Of a stretch of 64,000 bases of DNA, positions 46,601 to 55,429 are shown in pieces. Below the pieces are notes generated by a model. It had not been told where the DNA came from. It saw only the letters and a list, made by a program, of their open reading frames with translations, and ran no database searches. This DNA is from an archaeon. Its GTDB lineage: Archaea > Thermoproteota > Nitrososphaeria > Nitrososphaerales > JACAEJ01. The first letter of the stretch is position 1. Each line of letters opens with the position of its first letter. The stretch spans positions 2,359-66,358 of the forward strand of contig JACGUG010000004.1 of NCBI GenBank assembly GCA_024256285.1, written 5' to 3'. The position numbers and the translations under genes were made by a program.

Positions 46601-46967
46601 AGATAAGATTCATGCCAGGGCAAGAGGTCAAGTGCAGATGCTTACAAAGCAACCTACTGAGGGCAGGGCAAGAGGTGGTGGGTTAAGGTTCGGGGAGATG
46701 GAAAGGGACTGCTTGATAGCCTATGGCGCATCGATGGTTCTTAAGGATAGGCTACTCGATGAATCTGACAGAACCGAGCTTCATGTCTGTGAGAGATGTG
46801 GTCTGATAGCATATTATGATACAAGGCAGAGGAAATATGTATGCAGGGTCTGTGGCGAATCGGCAGAGATATCGACGGTTGTAGTCGCATACGCATTTAA
46901 GCTTCTATTGCAAGAAATGATAAGTCTAAACATAGTGCCCAAGCTGATCTTAAAAGGTAAAGTTTGA
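43614..46967 (+). CDS. rpoB: RNA polymerase subunit B (unsplit)
   Basis: The 1117-aa protein has FASRHGQKGV, GEMERDCLIAYGA and a C-terminal Zn motif CERCG…CRVCG. The start is the GTG at 43614 or the ATG at 43620. Confidence 0.97.
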   Translation: MGMSKEYDPWVVLQDIVEREGVARQHLNSYNEFVQKDIHNIIDDVGEVEIEATGSPYKVKFGGVSIGPPRVVEIDGSVSNILPMEARLRDLTYTSPVHLEMSIVEDGSIREFQSHYIGDLPIMVKSSLCPLHRMSRADLIRVGEDPDDPGGYFIINGSERVIVGLEDLIPNKILVDYETSGSASLYKAKVYSSIVGYRAKLELTLKRDGALYIKVPTSPVELPFVIIMRALGLQSDKEIAEIVSLKPEVQNFLDVSFDKASNVMTPEAALTYIGNRIAYGMLDEFRIRRAQSLLDWGLLPHLGRSPEDRISKAIFLGEAVSKLFELKLGWIEIDDRDHYGNKVIKFAGEMIADLFRTAFRNMVRDMKYQLEKMGQRRGINAVGAAIRPGIITDKLRNSIATGNWGRGKVGVTQLLDRTNYLSTISHLRRIQSPLSRSQPNYEARDLHGTHFGRICPNETPEGSNCGLVKNLALSTIISVSAPESDILDKLSELGVKPVPESSEDLRRDGCKAFLEGRLIGYVEDGESFATDFRKLRRQGLINPDVSVYLYVPKDQRGTRRVYISMRSGRVMRPLIVVEDGQPLLNNELIERVSKGELTWRDPLEHGVIELIDANEEENCLVAIDVNSLTEKHTHLELIPSAIFGVAASIIPYPEHNQSPRNTYESAMAKQSLGFSLPTFPFSTYVRSHLLAYPQKPLVATRSSSLIKLDERPIGQNCIVAVLSYEGYNIEDAIVMNKSSVDRGLARTFFYRLYEAEAKQYLGGMKDEFTIPSPDTNVRGYRGEKYYRLLESDGVVMHEANVYGGDVVIGRTSPPRFMEEYREFEIKGPYRRDTSVAIRPSESGVVDSVFLTESVDGGKTFKIRVRDMRVPEIGDKFASRHGQKGVIGLLVNQEDMPYTKDGIVPDIIINPHAFPSRMTVGQFIESITGKVAAIKGVSVDGTAFIGEKTEKVGKILTEAGFQPLGMEVMYDGKTGKQYKTNIFIGVVYYQKLHHMVADKIHARARGQVQMLTKQPTEGRARGGGLRFGEMERDCLIAYGASMVLKDRLLDESDRTELHVCERCGLIAYYDTRQRKYVCRVCGESAEISTVVVAYAFKLLLQEMISLNIVPKLILKGKV

Positions 46968-46977
46968 GGGAGTAGAT

Positions 46978-49900
46978 ATGTATCTCGAAGAATCCGTTAA
47001 AACTATAGATTCCATCAAATTTACAGTCTTCTCCCCAAATCAGATCAGAAAATACTCTGTTGCTGAGATAACTACTCCTGAAACTTACGATGAAGATGGA
47101 ATACCAGTTCAAGGCGGGCTCATGGATAACAGACTTGGAACATTAGAACCCGGCCAAAAATGCGCTACATGTGGAAATACCACTGCAAGGTGTCCAGGCC
47201 ATTATGGTCATATCGAATTGGCAGAGCCCGTGTTGCATATAGCCTTTGTCAAAGTCATTTATAAACTACTTCTTTCGATCTGCCGAGCTTGTGGCAGACT
47301 CCTAATCCCTGAGGCTGAACTAGAGAGCTATAGGAAAAGATTCGCCAATGAATGCACTTTTACACCAAAATGTAAGGAAGCGATCTCAAAGGAGATAATG
47401 GCTAAGGCGAAGAAGATCAAAATCTGTCCCCACTGCGGTAAACAGCAATATGAGATAGAGTTCACAAAGCCTACCATCTTCCATGAAATAACAGAAGAAG
47501 GTGGGGCGATAAGGTTGTTACCTATAGCTATAAGAGAGAGGTTTGAGAGGATTCCTGATAACGATCTTGAGCTTTTAGGTTACGATCCAAGATCAGCAAG
47601 GCCAGAATGGTTCATATTACAGGTCTTACCTGTTCCCCCACTTTCTGTTAGGCCATCTATCACTCTTGAATCTGGGATAAGGTCTGAGGACGATCTGACA
47701 CATAAACTCGTCGATATATTAAGGGTAAACCAGAGAGTCAGAGAGAGTAAGGCATCGGGTACTCCTCCTTTGATCGTTCAAGATTTGGTGGACCTACTAC
47801 AGTACCATGTGACTACTTACTTCGACAACGAGGTCTCTGGAATACCACAAGCCCACCATAGATCAGGCCGTCCTTTGAAGACTATCAGCCAACGTCTTAA
47901 GGGAAAGGAAGGTCGTTTCAGGGGTAGCCTATCGGGCAAGCGTGTCGACTTCTCCAGCAGGACCGTCATCTCACCAGACCCAAGCCTAGACATCTCTGAA
48001 GTTGGAGTACCTCTTGAAGTAGCCAAAAAGGTGACTGTTGCAGAAAAAGTCTCCTCTTGGAACCTAGGGTTCTTGAAGAACTTGGTCATCAATGGGCCCT
48101 CTAAGTATCCAGGGGCAAATTATATAATCCGTCCTGATGAGGTGAAGATAAGGCTCGATTACGTTAGCGATAGGGAGACTTTGGCCAATACACTCGTCCC
48201 AGGCTTTGTAGTTGAGAGGCATTTGATGGATGGGGATATAGTGATCTTCAATAGACAACCTTCATTGCACAGGATGTCTATCATGGCTCATTACGTTAAA
48301 GTGTTGCCTTTTAGGACTTTTAGACTACATCCAGCTGTCTGCCCACCTTATAACGCAGACTTTGATGGAGATGAGATGAACCTACATGTACCCCAAAGTG
48401 AAGAAGCAAGATCAGAGGCCTTAACTTTGATGAGAGTTCAGCAACAGATACTATCTCCAAGGTATGGTGGGCCTATAATAGGTGCTATAAGGGATTTCAT
48501 CACTGCTGCCTACCTATTAACCAAGCCAGAGACACTCCTAACAAAAGAAGAGTTCTCCAATTTGGCTCTTGCAGGCGGATATGATGGCCCCCTCCCTAAA
48601 CCAGAGATCAGTGAGCCGATAGAGCTTTACACTGGTATGCAACTGTTCTCCTTGTTTTTGCCAAAAGATTTCAACTATACCATGACCTCCAAATGGGCTA
48701 AAAGCTCGGGAAAAGGTGGAGCTGTTAGAGATATAATGATCAAGGACGGTAAATTGCTCAGTGGGGTAATAGATAGGGCTGCCATTGGAGCCGAAGAACC
48801 TGATAGCGTTCTTCATAGGATAGCTAAGGATTATGGTATCGATGTAGCTCGTAATTTCTTGAACTCTATACTTTCTATCTTAAAGTCTCTCATCACAAGG
48901 TATGGCTTCTCCTATGGTTACGATGGATTGATACTTGATGAAGAAGCCAAGAAGAAGATATATAATGAAATTAAGAACTCTTATAGAAAAATTAAAGAAT
49001 TCATCGATCAATTTAACCAAGGAACGCTCACAACAGTTCGTGGGCTCTCTCCAGAAGAGGCTCTTGAATATTATATCGTAAATGAATTGGCAAGGGCCAG
49101 AGATCGTGTGGGACGAACCGCTGACAAGGCCTTTCCTCTAGATAATAGTGGTGTGGTAATGGCTAGAACTGGTGCTAGAGGCTCGAGCTTGAACATCGGA
49201 CAGATGACCGCTGCCTTAGGACAGCAATCAGTGAGGGGAAAGCGTATCGAAAAGGGCTACCATGGCCGAGCTCTATCTCACTTTCCACTTTGGGATCGAA
49301 CACCAGATGCAAAGGGCTTCATTCAATCCAATTATAGGGATGGGTTGAATCCAACCGAATTTTTCTTCCATGCTATAGGAGGGCGTGAAGGGTTGGTGGA
49401 TACAGCTGTAAGAACTCAACAAAGTGGCTACATGCAGAGGCGTCTTATAAATGCTCTCGAACATTTAAAGGTAGAATACGACTTGACTGTGCGGGACCCC
49501 TTTGGTAATATCGTTGAGTTCTTGTATGGTGAAGACGGTGTCGATCCAGCCAATAGTGACCATGGAAAAGCTGTGAATGTGGAACACTTAGTCGAAATTG
49601 AGGCATTGACCAATAAGAGCGAAAAACCAGTAGAAGAAGAACGATTGAAAAAGATTTTGAACAAATACGAAGGGCAACTTAACATCAAACTAATCCAAGA
49701 CCTAAATGCTTCTTTACTTAATATTCCTTTAAACATTTCAGGAATCAAGAACGTCTGCAGAAAAGTTGTAGAGCAACTAGATAAGGCAACCGTTGAACCA
49801 GGAGAGGCTTGTGGGGTAGTCGCTGCGCAATCTATCGGCGAGCCAGGTACACAGATGACTTTGAGGACGTTCCATTTTGCAGGTGTAAAGGAGAGGGACG

Positions 49901-50793
49901 TCACGTTGGGCTTACCTAGGCTTATCGAGCTTGTAGATGCAAGAAAGCAACCTTCAACACCATCTATGGATATCTATCTCGATGATGAGCATAGGTCTAG
50001 CGAGGAGAGTGCCCTTAAAGTAGCAAAGGCAATTCTATTAACTAAAGTCTCCGATCTGGTTGGCTATAGTAAGATAAGCTATGGTGAGAGGGGCTACGAG
50101 ATCAAGCTATTTTTAGACGAAGAAGCACTTCAAGAAAGAGATTGTAGTCCTGGACTTATCGTTAAAGCTATATCCCTAAAGAGTGGAAAACGTAAAGTGG
50201 AAGTAGATGAAGAAGGGGCTATCTCCGTTACGATGGAAGGCGCCGATTTCTCAACATTATCTGTCTTGAAAGACAAGATAATGAGTATGCGTGTAAAAGG
50301 AGTCCCTGGAATCGATCATATTACTATCATAAAGAAGGGTGATGAGTGGATGATGCAAACTACAGGCTCCAACTTAGCCAGAGTCCTAAAGATCCCAGGG
50401 GTAGATCGTTCACGTACAACTACCAACAACATTTACGAGATAGAGACAGCGCTAGGTATAGAGGCAGCTAGGGCAGCGCATATAAAAGAGATCATGAACA
50501 CCTTGGACGAACAGGGTCTTGAAGTGGATATAAGGCATGTGTTGCTCGTAGCAGACCTTATGGCTTCTAAAGGTTTCTTCCAGTCGATAGGGAGACACGG
50601 AATTGCTGGACAAAAGCCCAGTGTACTTGCTAGAGCTGCTTTCGAGATAACAGTCCCTACTCTAGTCGAAGCGTCTGTGAAGGGCGAGGTAGAAGGGTTA
50701 AAAGGCGTGACCGAGAATGTGATCGTCGGTCTTCCTATACCTGTAGGCACAGGTATGATTGACCTCTTTATGAAAAGTGATGAGAGTGATTAG
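46978..50793 (+). CDS. rpoA: RNA polymerase largest subunit, with A' and A'' portions in a single ORF
   Basis: The 1271-aa protein has the A' hallmarks (Zn sites CATCGN…CPGHYGH and NADFDGDEMN). It continues without a stop into the A'' trigger-loop region SIGEPGTQMTLRTFHFAGV. Confidence 0.95.
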   Translation: MYLEESVKTIDSIKFTVFSPNQIRKYSVAEITTPETYDEDGIPVQGGLMDNRLGTLEPGQKCATCGNTTARCPGHYGHIELAEPVLHIAFVKVIYKLLLSICRACGRLLIPEAELESYRKRFANECTFTPKCKEAISKEIMAKAKKIKICPHCGKQQYEIEFTKPTIFHEITEEGGAIRLLPIAIRERFERIPDNDLELLGYDPRSARPEWFILQVLPVPPLSVRPSITLESGIRSEDDLTHKLVDILRVNQRVRESKASGTPPLIVQDLVDLLQYHVTTYFDNEVSGIPQAHHRSGRPLKTISQRLKGKEGRFRGSLSGKRVDFSSRTVISPDPSLDISEVGVPLEVAKKVTVAEKVSSWNLGFLKNLVINGPSKYPGANYIIRPDEVKIRLDYVSDRETLANTLVPGFVVERHLMDGDIVIFNRQPSLHRMSIMAHYVKVLPFRTFRLHPAVCPPYNADFDGDEMNLHVPQSEEARSEALTLMRVQQQILSPRYGGPIIGAIRDFITAAYLLTKPETLLTKEEFSNLALAGGYDGPLPKPEISEPIELYTGMQLFSLFLPKDFNYTMTSKWAKSSGKGGAVRDIMIKDGKLLSGVIDRAAIGAEEPDSVLHRIAKDYGIDVARNFLNSILSILKSLITRYGFSYGYDGLILDEEAKKKIYNEIKNSYRKIKEFIDQFNQGTLTTVRGLSPEEALEYYIVNELARARDRVGRTADKAFPLDNSGVVMARTGARGSSLNIGQMTAALGQQSVRGKRIEKGYHGRALSHFPLWDRTPDAKGFIQSNYRDGLNPTEFFFHAIGGREGLVDTAVRTQQSGYMQRRLINALEHLKVEYDLTVRDPFGNIVEFLYGEDGVDPANSDHGKAVNVEHLVEIEALTNKSEKPVEEERLKKILNKYEGQLNIKLIQDLNASLLNIPLNISGIKNVCRKVVEQLDKATVEPGEACGVVAAQSIGEPGTQMTLRTFHFAGVKERDVTLGLPRLIELVDARKQPSTPSMDIYLDDEHRSSEESALKVAKAILLTKVSDLVGYSKISYGERGYEIKLFLDEEALQERDCSPGLIVKAISLKSGKRKVEVDEEGAISVTMEGADFSTLSVLKDKIMSMRVKGVPGIDHITIIKKGDEWMMQTTGSNLARVLKIPGVDRSRTTTNNIYEIETALGIEAARAAHIKEIMNTLDEQGLEVDIRHVLLVADLMASKGFFQSIGRHGIAGQKPSVLARAAFEITVPTLVEASVKGEVEGLKGVTENVIVGLPIPVGTGMIDLFMKSDESD

Positions 50794-51094
50794 CGAAAAA
50801 AACCTTGAAAAAATTTTGAGGGCAGTTATAAAGACTGGGAAGGTCGTTATTGGTACAAAGGAAGCATCCAGATCCATAAAAGGATCGAAGCTCGTGATCT
50901 ATTCATCGTCTTTATCCAAAGAGCGAATCTCGGAGGTCGTTGATACATGTAGATCCTTATCAGTACCATTTACAGAGTTTAAAGGGACCTCCATAGACCT
51001 TGGCAGGATCTGTGGCAAACCTTTCCTTATATCTGCGATATCGGTAAAGTCATCTGGAGAAGTCGATCTCTCCCCCCTTATCGAGCAAGCATAA
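50777..51094 (+). CDS. rpl30e: Ribosomal protein L30e
   Basis: …KTGKVVIGTKEASRSIKGSKLVIYSSSL…GTSIDLGRICGKPFLISAISV is the typical L30e/L7Ae-fold pattern. The gene overlaps the rpoA end. Confidence 0.85.
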   Translation: MMRVISEKNLEKILRAVIKTGKVVIGTKEASRSIKGSKLVIYSSSLSKERISEVVDTCRSLSVPFTEFKGTSIDLGRICGKPFLISAISVKSSGEVDLSPLIEQA

Positions 51095-51248
51095 ATGATT
51101 ATGGGCTTCATTTTTCTCTCTTGACTTCATCCTTTTACCGTTAGGTCTTATCTTGTTTTTCACCCCTTACTTGCATCCCTTTTAAAAAGCTTAAATTCAA
51201 CCTTTAATACATGTGTGGTGCCGACCTTAGTTACGTAGCGTGTCTAGC

Positions 51249-51692
51249 ATGACGGAAAAAATCAAATTGACTTCTGATGAGTTAAGATTGATCTCCCTAT
51301 TTCAGAGTGTTAGTGGTGCCACAGTCAAAGATTGTATCATAGACAATAAGGTGAACCGAGTAATATTCATCGTGAATAGTGGAGAAATGGGCTTGGCCAT
51401 AGGTAAGAACGGTCACTCTATAAAGACATTGGAAAAGCTGATAGGGAAGCCAGTTGAGCTTGTAGAGTACTCTAGTGATCCAAAGGAGTTTATAGGGAAC
51501 GCCCTCAACCGCAGATACATCTACGATATAAGACTTACAGAGAAGTTAGACGGTAGTAAGATTGGTGTAATAGTTGTGAACCGAAGGCATAAAGGCGCTG
51601 CAGTTGGAAAAGGTGGAAAGAACGCGGAGAAAGTAAGACTTCTCGCAAAGCGATATTTCCAGATAGACACGATCCGTATAGTTGCACATTGA
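51249..51692 (+). CDS. nusA: Archaeal NusA-like protein (two KH domains)
   Basis: LTSDELRLISLFQSVSGA…GLAIGKNGHSIKTLEKLIGKPVELVEYS…GAAVGKGGKNAEKVRLLAKRYF. A GTG at 51240 is an alternative start. Confidence 0.85.
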   Translation: MTEKIKLTSDELRLISLFQSVSGATVKDCIIDNKVNRVIFIVNSGEMGLAIGKNGHSIKTLEKLIGKPVELVEYSSDPKEFIGNALNRRYIYDIRLTEKLDGSKIGVIVVNRRHKGAAVGKGGKNAEKVRLLAKRYFQIDTIRIVAH

Positions 51693-51963
51693 AATAGTTA
51701 TATAAATTGGACATCAATTTTTAGTTCATGTATGGGAGGGTTCTGCAGTTTCATTAAGATACCTTCTTTAAAAAATGATATTCTTAAATGAGCTCCAGTA
51801 GATTCATAGCATCGTGATAGGCTTTAGAATCAATGTTCATCTAAATGATCCTTAAAGGAAGCCTAGACTCATTTCATATGCCATTTTACTATTTGGTTTA
51901 ATTTTCTATACTCTCTTTCTTATCATCACCGACTTCTAACCTCTGCTAGGTGTTGAAGAAAAG

Positions 51964-52605
51964 ATGCCACAATTTGCCGATAAATGGACAAAATCCTCGT
52001 CTCCAACCATCGGTGAGAGAATCAAGGATACCATAAGACCGGCAGGTCCCCTGAAACCAAGGCTAGACGCAGCGGTAAGGCGGATTCAGACCCAGATCTC
52101 AAAGCTCGATTCTACCACTACCAGATTGAAGGATAGAGACGGCGCCATATTTAACAAGGTAGTTCTGGCGATTCAAAAACACGATATGTCACATGCATCG
52201 GTCTTCGCAAATGAGCTCGCTGAAATAAGAAAGATGAACAAGATGGTCACACAGGCCAAGATCGCCCTTGAACAGATAGTTCTGCGTTTGAACACTGTCC
52301 AGGAGCTCGGTGATGTAGTCATCACACTTACTCCTGCTATGGCTGTTATAAGAAACGTGAAGTCGGGCCTAGGCAGCGTACTGCCAGAGGCGGATCGAGA
52401 GATAGGAGAGATCAGCGGTCTGCTCAGCAGTATCCTCGTAGATGCAGGGCAGCTGGGCGGTTACACCCTGAACTTCGAAGCAGCCAACGAAGATGCTGAG
52501 AGGATAATATCGGAGGCCTCCATCGTAGCAGAGGAGAGGATGAAGGAGAAGTTCCCAGAGTTACCCATGGGAGACAAGCTCCCCTCTACCGAAGGTCTGG
52601 AATAG
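51964..52605 (+). CDS. ESCRT-III / Snf7-family protein (CdvB-like)
   Basis: The helical-hairpin pattern …RRIQTQISKLDSTTTRLKDRDGAIFNKVVLAIQKHDMSHASVFANELAEIRKMNKMV… is followed by an acidic C-terminus. The call is by eye. Confidence 0.55.
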   Translation: MPQFADKWTKSSSPTIGERIKDTIRPAGPLKPRLDAAVRRIQTQISKLDSTTTRLKDRDGAIFNKVVLAIQKHDMSHASVFANELAEIRKMNKMVTQAKIALEQIVLRLNTVQELGDVVITLTPAMAVIRNVKSGLGSVLPEADREIGEISGLLSSILVDAGQLGGYTLNFEAANEDAERIISEASIVAEERMKEKFPELPMGDKLPSTEGLE

Positions 52606-53122
52606 AATGAATACGAAGATGGGCATGACAGCCATAATCCCTACAGGTTTCAGAAAGCTTGGCCCTTCTAGAGACGACATCAATTTTCCAATAATCGTCC
52701 TTGAAGCCCCAGATGTTGTAGAAGGTTCCATGATGTGGTTTTGTAAATCCGACGACGTGGGATTTTTCGTCCATATAGATATTTCACTAGTCCCATTTCT
52801 GTACTACCCTTCTATCATCTCCAATTGGAGAGTTAGAAAACCATTCTCAAACCGTTTATAAAGTCCTTGGGAAATCGTTCTTCATTATTAAAAACTTGGA
52901 CTATAAACTGTCCATACATAGCTCTTCAATCTTCATTACGAATTTCTGAATCTTCAGCATTATTCTGATCGCGGCATGCATAAACAGCATAAGGATATCT
53001 GATGAACTAAATGGAGGGTTCCTCAATCTAGCAAGTTGTCAGAATATTAAAAACATGCAGAAAGAGTTAATACCTAGTTTTACCATATCATTAACGATGC
53101 ATATAAAATATCCACATATTAA

Positions 53123-53546
53123 ATGAAGATGCAAGCTTTGCGGAAACTGTTGTAGAGACAAACCAGGCAGGAAGAGGAGGATACTCTTGACGGAAAGTGA
53201 TGTGAGGCGGATTCAGGATCTAGGAGTCGAAACCAAGTTCTATCGGAAGAGTGAGATGAACATTGAGCCATACGGTTATGAGATGTTGAAGAAGGATGGT
53301 CGCTGTATCTTCCTCTCAGGCAAAAGATGCACTATATATGAAAACAGGCCTCTAATCTGCAGATTCTACCCCTTCACCATGTTCGAGGCTGATGGCTACA
53401 TGTTTGATGTGGATCGGTCCTGTGAAGGCGTCGGTGAAGGTAAAGTTGTTGATGAGAGGTACTTAAGTGACCTCATTCAGGAAGCGAAAAAGACCATAAG
53501 GAAAGCCCGACATGCTTGCCTCCAATCTGCTGTAACAAATGGATGA
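53123..53546 (+). CDS. YkgJ/UPF0153-type CxxCxxCC cysteine-cluster protein with an apparent +1 frame problem at the start
   Basis: The body frame reads RCKLCGNCCRDKPG…RCIFLSGKRCTIYENRPLICRFYPF. The CKLCGNCC cluster lies upstream of the tracked TTG (53187) and directly after an in-frame TGA. The only nearby ATG (53123) is one frame off. Confidence 0.6.
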
Positions 53547-54025
53547 TTGGAAGATAAGATGGTGATATCAAACCCTACACAAGCTACTTCCAAAATACGA
53601 TGGCCTTTGCTAGATCTGACCTTTCTATCTTTAAGAATTCACTCTTCAATAATGAAGAATATAGGTTGTATCTCCGGAGTTTTCGGTTTCTAAAGCATGC
53701 ATGTAAGGCTCATCCGAAGGCTTAAACAGTTGTCCATTCCTAATCAATGGTTAAGAGGAATCAAAAAATTTGAAAAATTGTAGTAAAAGTAAAAAGTTTG
53801 TATCTGCTCACTACACTGGGAGAATCCCATCGGCCCGCCTACTACAGAGATGCTAGGATGTAAAAGAGGTAGGGGATCAAAAGATAGGTGTTTCTCCATC
53901 TCTAGGTTATCTGAAATTGAGGAGAGGATGAGGAGCACTATCTTCAAAATCTAAAATAGTCAGAAGAAGCCGTCTACCAAGGAAAGATGGAGCATGAGAT
54001 ATATTGCAGTTCTTCGATGGAGATT

Positions 54026-55270
54026 CTAAACCTTTCCAGGTCCTATGAGACCCTTCACAGTCTGGCAGACGACACATCTAAGTCCAGCCTCCTCGAGAGT
54101 GTCCTTAACTTGAACCATTTCAGAATAACTCGGTCTTCTTATATCCTTCCTTCGAAACTCAGGTCGGTAATCGAGAGCACAAACTTGGATATATGGCTCC
54201 CAAGAAGATATCTTCTCACCTATGAGATAAATTTCATCAAGAGATATGAGTTTAGGATTGTAGGGAATACCTATGCCTATGAAGACCTTCCCATAACACT
54301 CGTCTATTAAATACTTTACAGCTCTCCATCCTGTTTCCAGAAGCCTCACAGAAAGTTCCCTATCCTTCAATCCTGAGATCCTCATGAAGGTCTCCAATTT
54401 TAAGCCCTTTACATCAGGACCTATGTCTGTCGTCCCTACCTCGATCAACTCATCTATGTAATCAGGAGCCATTACAACAGCATTCGTGTCCACATGGAAT
54501 CGGGCATGCTCATCCCGATTCAATCCTCTTAACTTCTTGATATACTCCACAAGCCATCTTCTATTCAAAGTGCACTCTCCACCGCTTATAGCCATCCTAT
54601 GTACACCCCATCTCAGTCTCTCAAGGGTCATGATTTCTGCTGCTCGATCTGGAGTTAAAGGCTCTCCTCGGGACGAGTACGTAACATTCCAATTCTGGCA
54701 TGTAGGACAACGAAGAATACAACCGTGGGCGAAACATGCAACTTCTATGTATCTACTAAACAATCCCTTAGGCTTTATCCAATAAGGCGTACCAACACCG
54801 CCCACAGAATGACCTTGAAAACTTGAGACGATTCTTAAAGGCTCAAGCCGCTCGACTTCAGCCCTTCTAGTCTCGATGCTCATTCCATTACGAACAGGGG
54901 TTATACAACTTCTTTTCAACTTACCATCTACGATGATAGCACAAGCCCAGCAACCCCCTGTTCTGCAAGGAGCGGATAGATCTCCTTCTCCTGGAAAACG
55001 AGAGACCTTATAGCCTAAAAGCTCCAAAGCTCTAAGAACTGTTATCCTTTCAGGGACTTCGAAGCTCTCTCCATCAACTTTGATCTTAACGAGCCTTCTC
55101 TCGACCAAAATTTCATCAAGGACTCTAGCCTCATTTGGACAAGCATCAACACATGCACCACAGCCGATACATCTCTCAATCCCTGGGCAAGAGAGATGAT
55201 CTTCGCAGAAGCCACAATCTAAGCAACTTTTCTCGATCTTCCTTGATAGGTAGAAGGGAATGGAGACCAA
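54026..55270 (-). CDS. Radical SAM enzyme (PflA-like core) with N-terminal 4Fe-4S ferredoxin and 2Fe-2S-like modules
   Basis: The N-terminus has CLDCGFC…CPGIERCIGCGACVDACP, then …CRTGGCWACAIIVDG. The radical SAM triad is CILRCPTCQNW, and the SAM-binding-like motif ISGGECTL is present. Confidence 0.7.
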   Translation of the reverse strand: MVSIPFYLSRKIEKSCLDCGFCEDHLSCPGIERCIGCGACVDACPNEARVLDEILVERRLVKIKVDGESFEVPERITVLRALELLGYKVSRFPGEGDLSAPCRTGGCWACAIIVDGKLKRSCITPVRNGMSIETRRAEVERLEPLRIVSSFQGHSVGGVGTPYWIKPKGLFSRYIEVACFAHGCILRCPTCQNWNVTYSSRGEPLTPDRAAEIMTLERLRWGVHRMAISGGECTLNRRWLVEYIKKLRGLNRDEHARFHVDTNAVVMAPDYIDELIEVGTTDIGPDVKGLKLETFMRISGLKDRELSVRLLETGWRAVKYLIDECYGKVFIGIGIPYNPKLISLDEIYLIGEKISSWEPYIQVCALDYRPEFRRKDIRRPSYSEMVQVKDTLEEAGLRCVVCQTVKGLIGPGKV

Positions 55271-55429
55271 CTTCTATAATAGAGTTACGAGTGCATAAGA
55301 TAAGTTTTTCAGAGCTTTGGTAGAGAGAATGAGCCGATTCCCCAGCCTCCATATGAACCTACCTTATACTGGAATTATCTTGATGAATTATCAAGAGAAT
55401 AGGTTAAATCCCTGAACGATTCCTATACC

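Noticed and set aside
52586-52861. Overlapping 84-aa (plus) and 62-aa (minus) ORFs after the CdvB-like gene.
   Set aside because: They are mutually exclusive, and neither has a recognisable motif or convincing start context. I left them unannotated.
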